A stretch of 64,000 nt of DNA, from the NCBI GenBank assembly GCA_003344405.1, contig NOWV01000173.1, positions 1-64,000 of the forward strand. Reading direction: 5' to 3'. The translations under genes and the position numbers were made by a program. The notes below the pieces were generated by a model. That model was not told the DNA's origin and did no database searches. It saw only the letters and a program-made list of their open reading frames with translations. The DNA comes from Trichoplax sp. H2 (Eukaryota). Positions 54,914-64,000 of the stretch are shown here, in pieces (position 1 is the first letter of the stretch; each line of letters begins with the position of its first letter).

Positions 54914-57900
54914 GTAAGTCTTGTAGTTTTCTCAATAATTGGTACTTCGCTTAGTATTCAGTTTCTATAGTGCTAAAAAATAGTCGAAATTCTAGGTTAA
55001 TAAATTATTTTTGTAAATCGTATAGTTATAGTAACGGAAATCAAGATGTAAAACGTCAAAGTTCATATATCAGATTAAACAGTAGAAAATAGTTGTTCGA
55101 TTTCTATGCCGCACATGTAAGGAAATTAGTGCAAATTGAATTTAATAGGAAATAATTATGCTGATTCATCTGATTTTATTACCTTTCCAGCTAGATGATA
55201 CATTGGTGTAACAATTGGAAGTGCTTTCCGAGGCTACATTAATTATATTTATCGGTAGTTACCATAAAAGATATAGTGAATATTCAGTGATTAATTCTAT
55301 ATTATTGTTTAAAGCTAATATCTCAGAAATTACTACAGAAATATAGACTTTAAAGTTAATTCGCTTTTAGATTAACTATAGTCATTGCTACTGTAATTAA
55401 TCTTGTAGTAGAAGCAAATTCGATAACTTTTGACTTAAATCTAAACTGGATCAACCTAAATAAATATAATGAAATGGGTTTACAACAGTACCGGAGTTGA
55501 AAATTGCCCTAGCAAAGAATTATAGAATGCTCTTGTAATAGCCTAAATGTTGTATCTATGTTCACTATAAATCCAGATCGCAAAGATTAGGTGTTGATTT
55601 ACATACTTACTCTGATTACGGAAGGCAATTACTCACGTAGGAATCTAAGGAAGTTTCTACTAGATAAGAAGAACCAAGATTCAGATATACTACTACTAAA
55701 CCATAATTATTTCCAAATGTTGAACGAATTGGAAATGCTATTATTAACTTAAATAGGAAAACCTGACGTTGATGTCAATTTTTTAAGACAACTGCAGATC
55801 TTTAAGAAAGACTATTCTGATTTATACAAAACTATGGGATCGACAATGCGATTTATTATGGAATGGATATGTACATATATGCAATGATCGAATGCAATGA
55901 TTTGATTATCGTATGGTTATTATACGGATATACATATACTAAAACTACCAATACACTGCAAGGCTTATACACTAAATCGCTATTCAATCGTCATTCAATA
56001 CAAATTACCGTTACTATTCAACTCTACTCTTCTCTACTTCTCTCTTACTATACCTCAATACTATTCTACAAGAGGAGAATAGAATATTTTGTAGCCTTTT
56101 ACAGTTTAGTAAGAGAGACCGGATCATTTTTATTTATTTTATTTTGCTCATTCATGATAGACGATCAAATGCATGCAACCAGATAATGAAAATCCAATCC
56201 CAAGGTTTGTTGTTGTACTGTATGAGGTTGTAATTGCTAAAGTAACAGTAATAAAAAGTAAAAAGCGTTTATTAACGAAATATTGAACTTATACACCATT
56301 GCCAATTGTACTATGAGTGGAAGCAAAGCTTTGAAAGAACAATTCGTGGGTGATGCTATTTACATCGAAATCATCGACAACATTGAAGATAGCGATCAAT
56401 ACGATTGCAGTTTTATAACTAGAAGCGGTTACATTGACCTCAACGAAGTTGAGTTAATGACTGTGAACATCATTATCTACCAATGAATGATTTTACGATA
56501 CCTGTGATGTATCGAAAAAGTTATCATGACGGTCAATCACTTACAGTATATCAGTTACTCTTTCTTTACGTTTACAACCCTCTTTTTTCATGAATCGTTT
56601 CAACTTTGACAGTTTAATTAAGTGAAGGCAAATAGCGGGTAAAACTTGGCCGTTTGCTGCACAGCTTTGCAAGGACAGTCTATTAATATACTGTAGTTCA
56701 TGATTTTACCCTAAAAAATAAATTGTTACTGAATGATATACGCGTATGCAAAATTCAAATGTTACCATGATACACTATTCCCTTTGCCCCTCAACCATTA
56801 AGAAAATAAGATTGATCAATATACAGCACACTTTTCAATGCGCTAATCTGTGTCTAAAACGAAGTGAATACAGTAATCTGTTCAGTACCCAATGAATTTA
56901 TTATGGTGTAAACAATGTGTGAAATAAATCTGTTTTATCCTACAGCATTAAGGAAGATTGATCTGAGTATAGGACAACATGAGCGGAATACTAATATCCA
57001 ATTAATTTATGATGGTGCAAATGGATGGCGGAAAATAGATCAATTGTATCCTACAGGTGCGCTACAACATTAAAATTAGTTAATATTCAATGTCTAGAAG
57101 GAAACATGAGATACATTAGGTATAAACTGGATTGATGATACTACAAACACATCTTTCTTAAGTATGGTATTTTGTACGCTGCCGTATTCCATATAATAAT
57201 TTAAAGTCTTGATGAATTTTCAAGATACGATGGAAGCCGAAATCTTGTGCTGTACGGCCACATAATGCATATCCAAAATTAACAATATTGATTTGAAATT
57301 TACTGTCGGTTAGTAGCGAACTTTGCATCCCAATGAGCTCACTAGGAAAAGCTAGAAAGCATTTTAAGTGTTTGAGAGTTTTTATAGGGATTAATGCTAA
57401 CGTCATGAAAGCAAAAGGAACAGAATTAAAATAGAATAGAAAGAAACAGCTTTAATGTGTCCCATTATAATTTTTAGTAATTATAACTTGAACTAGGCAT
57501 GGAATAGACTGAATTTAGTGATTTTAAATTGTTTCTATTTTATTGTCTTTAAGCTAAAATTTAAATAATGTACCAGAACCAGCTAAAATGCCTGAGGTAA
57601 AGTTGTAGCCAGAAAATCTGATATTGGATACGATGCATATTAGAGATCTAAAATTTCAGTTATTTACTTTATCATGGACTACCGTATGTGATGCATCCTA
57701 GTATATCTTTAATTTCTTGCTTTATCTGAGAGTACTTTGCACAGCTTAAAGATTTGACGTGTTTTTTCAGATAAATCCGGCCTCTCAATAATTAAGCTAC
57801 GTCAATAGCTGCTATAGAATAAAATCATATTACGGTAAGACAACAAATAGCCGCATAATAGCATTAAATATTTATGACTAAGGCCTAAAAGTCGTCATGT

Positions 57901-58777
57901 TAGAAAAAAAATTCTTGCTCTCAATTCTTTTGTTATCTAGTAGACCTTGCTAATCTCTTTGGTATTTCTCTCTAGTTGAGGCTATTGTTTTATCGGTAAT
58001 TAATAACTGTATAACGGTAGTTTATACAGTTACCTATAGATTAGCTTTCTCCATCTAACACTTGCAGAATTGATAATGAAATTTTAGGATGATTTTTACT
58101 GTATATACGATTTTCTGCATTCTATTTTATCCCAAACCATATTAGATTAAATATACTACTATAATACTAACGTAAATCTAATATAATCCTCTTCTTAATA
58201 CAAATTGTTTATCGTAACTAAAAACTAGCGGTGCTCACGCATATTAAGGTTATCAGGCTGTAGCTCCATCTAATAGTTTAATTATTCCTTAGATTTAATT
58301 AATTTTCACCTATTGCCTTAAATCTATATTATGGCATAGCGTAATAGCCGCATACATTTAATTTCATAGAACGATTATTATGATTATTCCGCTAATTACA
58401 GGCATAATTGAAATCATCTTTGCACTAGAACTTGTAAATTATAAATTATACCGTTAATTACAGTAACAATTTTCATAGAATGTCATCGAATCGTCGTACT
58501 TGTTTGGTAATACTGCAGTATCCAATAATATATAGGTAATCTTTACTTCTGTGAATGTGAAGAGAAAACTTAATTAACTCATTTGCATTCAAGTAGAAAT
58601 GAGAGAGCATGTACAAATACTGCTGAAGATTGAAACTACTATTTATCACAACAGCACCCACGCATATCCCAAAGGTCGTAGCTGAATGCGTACAGTAAAT
58701 TCTTCCATTTCAATTATTGAAAAACTCTGAATAGTAAGAACTAATTCCGTTAGCTAACTTGGTCAAACAACAAAATT

Positions 58778-61354
58778 ATGGCTTCTAGTACAAGTGGCAA
58801 AATTCAAACAACCTGCGAAACGAATAGCCTATGGGAGAATAATGCTTTGTATGATTCGGATTATAGCGAAATGAGCGATATCGATCTCAACTCACAGTAT
58901 GTCGATATCTGGCATGAAAAAGAAGTCTATAACTACGGTTTACTGGACGATATGGCAGTAACAGATATCGAAGACAACGATGAAAATAATTTTTATACTC
59001 CACGTGTGGAGCATACGTCGCCACTGCAATTTCTAGACTATACTAATATTTGGCAGCCGGCTAAAAATGCTCGACCAATGCCGCATAGTTTCAGAGGTGA
59101 TCACGGCTTAACCGTAGATACTACTGGCTTCCATCCACGAGATTACTTTAGGCTATTTGTTACCGAAGATTTGCTAACCTATTTTGTAGCAGAAACAAAC
59201 TTATTTGCTTTACAGTATCTGCGCGATTATCCGAAAACATCCAAGTTCGCTAAACTTCCGAGCTGGATGCCCACTAACGTAGCTGAAATGAAAAAGTTTC
59301 TTGGCTTGTTATTGTTGATGGGTATCATTCGAAAGCCATATATTAGCCATTACTGGTTTACGGATCCTTTATATGATACACCAATCTTTCGATCGGTTAT
59401 GACTTGTCATCGTTTTCAATTGCTTTTAAAATTTTTCCACCTAAACGATAATGATAACATGCCAGACAAGACTGATCCTAATCATGATCGCCTGTATAAA
59501 GTAAGACCACTAATAGATCATCTATTCGAATATTTTCAAGCAGTTTATGTCGTGGAACAGAATTTGGCAATCGATGAATCTTTTCTTGTCTGGAAAAAAA
59601 GGCTCCAACTTCAAGATTTTCGCTTTAAACGTACCCGCTTCGGAATCAAACTAATTCGGCTCTGCGAATGCAGTACTGGATACACTTTTCGATTTAAGTT
59701 ATACGTCAATGATAAAGATCCAACTGAGTGCTTAAAGCAAATACTACCTATTCATTCTGAGAACTTTAATAAAGCTGAAAAGCTGGCTATATTTCTGTTG
59801 CTACCTCTACTAGACCAGGGCTACAATATTTACATGGACAATAACCGATTATCGCTCGATTTATGTTCATTCCTGTACCGACGTAAAACTAATGCTTGTG
59901 GCATGCTAAATTCCAGCAAAATGCCTGAAATAATTCGCGGTGTAAGCACTGCATTTAAATCAACCTCTGCCTATCGATCAGGCCCTATTCTTTGCTTAAA
60001 GCAAATGGATAGAATACCTCTCTATATGCTAACCACCATTCATGATGAGCAGATAGCTGAAGAACTTAAAGAAAGTGACAAAGCATATGGTCAATATCGT
60101 CAAGGAAGGCCTTCGGCGATGCTTTGCTATATGAAAAATATGAGGAATATAGACAAGCAGGATCAGGTAAGTAAGCATTCTTACGCATTATAGGATGCTG
60201 GTAATTATCATCTAGGTCTTAATGTAAAACATTTAATGCATCTTACCCACTGTCTATTGTAAAATCTTAATCGATTATCCTATTAATGCGTGTTCCAGTC
60301 TAGCTTTGAATATCTTAGATTTAAGATCCAGAAGTGAAATGCAATATATTTAATTCAAGTCTGAATACAACGACAACAGTTAATTTTAATATGAAACTTG
60401 TTTAGAAGTCTACTGAGACACTAGATAAATAGGCAAATGAGCATATTACAAGAGTATAGGCAGAGTTTTAGAAAATTTATAGTAAATCTTTAACTGAAAC
60501 ATTCTTGAAATAGCCTTTGATACCGCTTATCCACTGCAATATTTACTCTTATACTTTAGAAATACCCGGCATTTTCATCATATACTTTAAAATTCAAATA
60601 ATTCTGGGAAAGTTAAGGGTCCTCAAGAGTTGAAAATGGAATCGATTTATATTACCTGTATTCTGTAATCGGGGTTTATCGCTACTTTCAAATTGCGTTT
60701 ATTTTTAAATCTCCTGTATTTTAAAATAAGTGAATCGCAGTCAGCTTAAATTACAATTTATAACTAATAACCATATACTCATATTATCCCGGAATATTAC
60801 ACAACAGGTGTTAGTTATTTGTCATCTACTAACCTACTGCAATTCATGATAGATGATAAAAGCGTGCAGTGCTACTAGAAGCACGTTCAAGTGGTATAAA
60901 TCATTGGCATTATTCTTACTTCAAATCAGTTTACTAAATGCCTTTATAATTTATCGAAAAGACCAACCAAAGTCACGCAAGTCGTTCTTGGAGTTTCAGC
61001 ACGACGTAATTGATTTTTTATCAAAATAGGAACTGATATTGACATTGCTTACTACTATATATATCAGCTTGGATTATATTTCATTTATAGGTTTTAAGTG
61101 ATTACTTATTTGGAGACTTGGAGCCACAGCTTGCTAAGAGAGATACCGTTATCAGACTGAGTGGTAAACATTACTTAGTTAAATTCGAACGTAGGTCGAA
61201 ATCAAAAAAGCCATATCCACTCTGCCAAGTTTGCCTGAAGAAAAAAATAACACTGGAAGTAACTACCCTTTGCCCTGTTTGTCCTAAAAAACCTGGCCTA
61301 TGCATGGATCCTTGCTTTCTAAAATTTCATTCAAAACTAAAATATTGGATTTAA
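58778..61354 (+). CDS. PGBD4-like: piggyBac transposase-derived protein (DDE_Tnp_1_7 type + C-terminal Cys-rich domain), 3 exons, ~601 aa
   Basis: Exons 58778-60166, 60853-61005, 61091-61354, both introns phase 0. Motifs: acidic N-terminus; EMKKFLGLLLLMG; YW; DRLYKVRPL; IDES; FGIK; YMDN; IDKQDQM; KWYK..LLNAFIIY; LEF; CQVC..CPVC..LC..PCF..FH. Confidence 0.92.
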
Positions 61355-61842
61355 GTTGAACCAGAATGTTGCTTGGAACTCAAAGTTATAATTAATACAA
61401 GTATTTTAAAAATTGTTTTTTCTTGGTCTCCGATTCGATTCTTAACGGTATCCAGAGTTTTATTGTTGTGAAATATCTTGATGAAAGAGCATTTAGAGTA
61501 GCATTTTCGTGATTTATCATCGATAGTATTTCTAGTTTGATCTTGTAGCTGTACCTAAATTATGTTAGTAAAAATTTAAATCTCTAAATGTGGTATAAAA
61601 TTACATAGTTAAACGAATTTGATAGTGTCCATATTTTAGAGTGATATTAGGAAATGAATTTGGCAAACAGGCCACTATCTCCAGCTAGTATAAGAATTTC
61701 GTATTATTTAAATGTATTCGTTGATGGAATGATGATTTTTAGAGAATCCGTTATTGTGTCGATAAATTATTGCACATTTGACGAGCCATTTCTGAATACT
61801 TTTCGTATTGATTGTCAACAACAAAAAGTATTACATGCAGTA

Positions 61843-61950
61843 ATGAAAATTTTTCATCCCAATTTCTATGTTAATAAGCGTAAAGCGTGCATACGTACAT
61901 TAGCGATATTATTTGCAATTTTTGGAGTAATTTATACTTTCTGGGAACAG
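61843..61950 (+). CDS. Possible first coding exon of a type II membrane (signal-anchor) protein; downstream exons not resolved, possibly decayed
   Basis: MKIFHPNFYVNKRKACIRTLAILFAIFGVIYTFWEQ has a basic patch then a hydrophobic helix, and ends at a good cag/gtatgt donor. Confidence 0.35.
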
Positions 61951-64000
61951 GTATGTCGCAAATATCTAGAAAGATTTGTCTTTTGATAATAAACACCTTT
62001 TGCCCTCATTTCTTATAATGGGTTGCTATGTTAAGGCGAGCTCTTTGCCATGGCCTTATACTTAAAGCTAAGCTAGGTGATTAGGGCTATTAATAATTAT
62101 TGTTTCAAGAAGATTTATGACAATCATTCACGTGAGTTTAACTACATTGCGGTGCTTTTATTAGAATGGTTAAAATTTCGCTTACTAGAGATATATCAAG
62201 AAAATCTATAACCTATTAAGGTGATCATACCCGATTTTGCTGTTTAGTTTGTTCTCAACAGTTTGCTTTACTAAATCCTGACTATAATTGCAAACTATAT
62301 GTATAAATCCATCCATAATTTCTTTCAACTGATTCATTCTAAATCATGCTAAATGAAATTGATTAATTGATCTCATACAGCTTCTATCAGTTTCATTCTC
62401 TAATCGAATCGAAAATGGAAAATTAAAGATATAACCGAAAATATTTCTCAGTTACTGTTTATAATAACAACAATTGACTGCTGGCAGAGTAGAAAATGTA
62501 GCATTCAACATGTTTTGATAAATTTAGATACATAATAATGGGATAATTATTGTCATAAATTTTATTAAAAATATACCGTTAAAACCCCTGCCGGTAAGTG
62601 ATACTGTAATATGCAACGCCGAGTAATATATTAATTTTTATAAATTATTCTGTTATGTATTGAAATATTCACATAATAAACTTTTCCATTTATATCCTTT
62701 TTCTCGACGGCTCCAGTATCTCGGTTCCCTCTGTGTTAGTCAATACTAAATACTATAAGGCCATCAGCTTAGGCGGTTGCGGGTTTAATAAATTAATTTA
62801 GCCATTATTCATATACTATAGAATATCGTAACTCTATTAATTCCGTTATTATCTTCTGGCCAATAAGAGCGCTGTAATGGCTTAAAGTTACGCCCATTCC
62901 TTAAGCGATTACTATTTCTGTATTTATAATGATATGAGCCTTCTTCCGTTAATATTTTAGTGTGACAATCATCTGACCTGACTACATTGTAGCTAAAGTA
63001 CTTCTCTACTTAGTATACTAAAGTCTAGAAATTATGAACAAAATTGTCCCAGTTGGTGCTAGAAGTATTAAAGTACAGTCATTTAAAAGCATTTTCTAAT
63101 CGATTGGTAATGATATCAACAGATGTAAAACATACCTTAATCTTTTGCTTGATTTCCTTATAAGATCGTTGCAAATTTTGAGACGGATCTATTGTAGTAA
63201 AATGTCATTCAAGATATTTGAGTCATGATTTTCTACTGCAAAATTAACGTACTTGTGCTGGTAAGTTATTCAAATAAGTACTACCAATCTTTTACTCTTA
63301 ATATATAAATTAGATTTTTAATGACTAGTATTGAATGATGTTTATGCTATCATCCAAAATAGAATATTAACATTCAAGATTGAGTATTTCAGTTTTACGT
63401 TATAATAAGTTTGATCTAAAGTTTCATCAGTTAGTACTAAATATAAGCCCTTCACTAGATTATAAGAGTCATAACACGATAGTATGGAGTAAAGGATTGA
63501 TATTACATGCTTTAAGTAACTAACTGCAGTTTATACAGCCGTAATTAGAACTTAAACGATTTTACTATTTGCCAGTAGATGAAACTTTACGATAGTTGTT
63601 CCGGTGTATAAATATGAGTAGTTACAGCAGTTTTCTTAGCCACCGTTAGTGCAGCTATTGAACAGACTATGTCGTAGGAAACGATCATAAGTCTATTTAT
63701 GTTCTGTCTATTTGATTAATCGATGATTGCTAGTATACAGACAATATCAGTTATATAACGTAAAATACTTATGATCAAAAATACTTTAATATAATCTACT
63801 CTATGCACCATGAAGGTAGTTTTTCTCTAGTCTTGATCCTTCTATCATTAAATAGCTATTAACAATTTACTCTATTGAAGGCATAAAACGTGTAATGTGA
63901 TTAACGCTACTCAAATTTTTTTATTACAGCCTTGGATTTAATGATGCCATAGCTTTAATAAATTTCTAAATCAAATCTTCCTTGCAGGTCTCGGTTCTAT

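Noticed and set aside
55863-57406. ORFs 55863+, 56283+ and 57158-
   Set aside because: No recognisable domains or consistent splice structure.
60167-60193. piggyBac ORF ending at 60193 as a truncated transposase
   Set aside because: The cag/gtaagt donor at 60166 splices in frame to downstream exons that complete the protein.

Overview
AT-rich eukaryotic (metazoan) genomic DNA with compact GT-AG introns. The ORF track shows only exon fragments, so genes were spliced by eye. The compact introns, gene content and TTAGGG repeat suggest an early-branching animal such as a placozoan, but this is inference. Contents: (1) three paralogues of an unusual single-pass receptor at <1-3283 (5' truncated), 31804-35925 and 40590-45647. 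Its architecture is signal peptide, LRRNT-like cap fused to an LRRCT-like cap with no LRR array, RxxR furin-type site, group A SRCR, MAM-like domain, TM and tail; two copies end in a PPxY mini-exon. Two decayed relics of the family are also present. (2) A complete minus-strand adhesion GPCR (CUB-Ig-Thr-rich-HormR-GAIN/GPS-7TM, 9046-18047). (3) A C16orf89/UPF0764-like gene with an added C-terminal TM and YxxL tail (26405-29401). (4) A secreted fibrinogen-related/intelectin-like gene (50300-51141) and a pseudogene of it. (5) An intron-containing piggyBac (PGBD4-like) transposase gene retaining the three catalytic Asp and the Cys-rich domain (58778-61354). Also present: a ~620-bp inverted duplication next to an assembly gap, a solo-LTR-like insertion, an interstitial telomeric repeat, and decayed EGF-like exons. 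No database searches were run, and exon boundaries are manual predictions.
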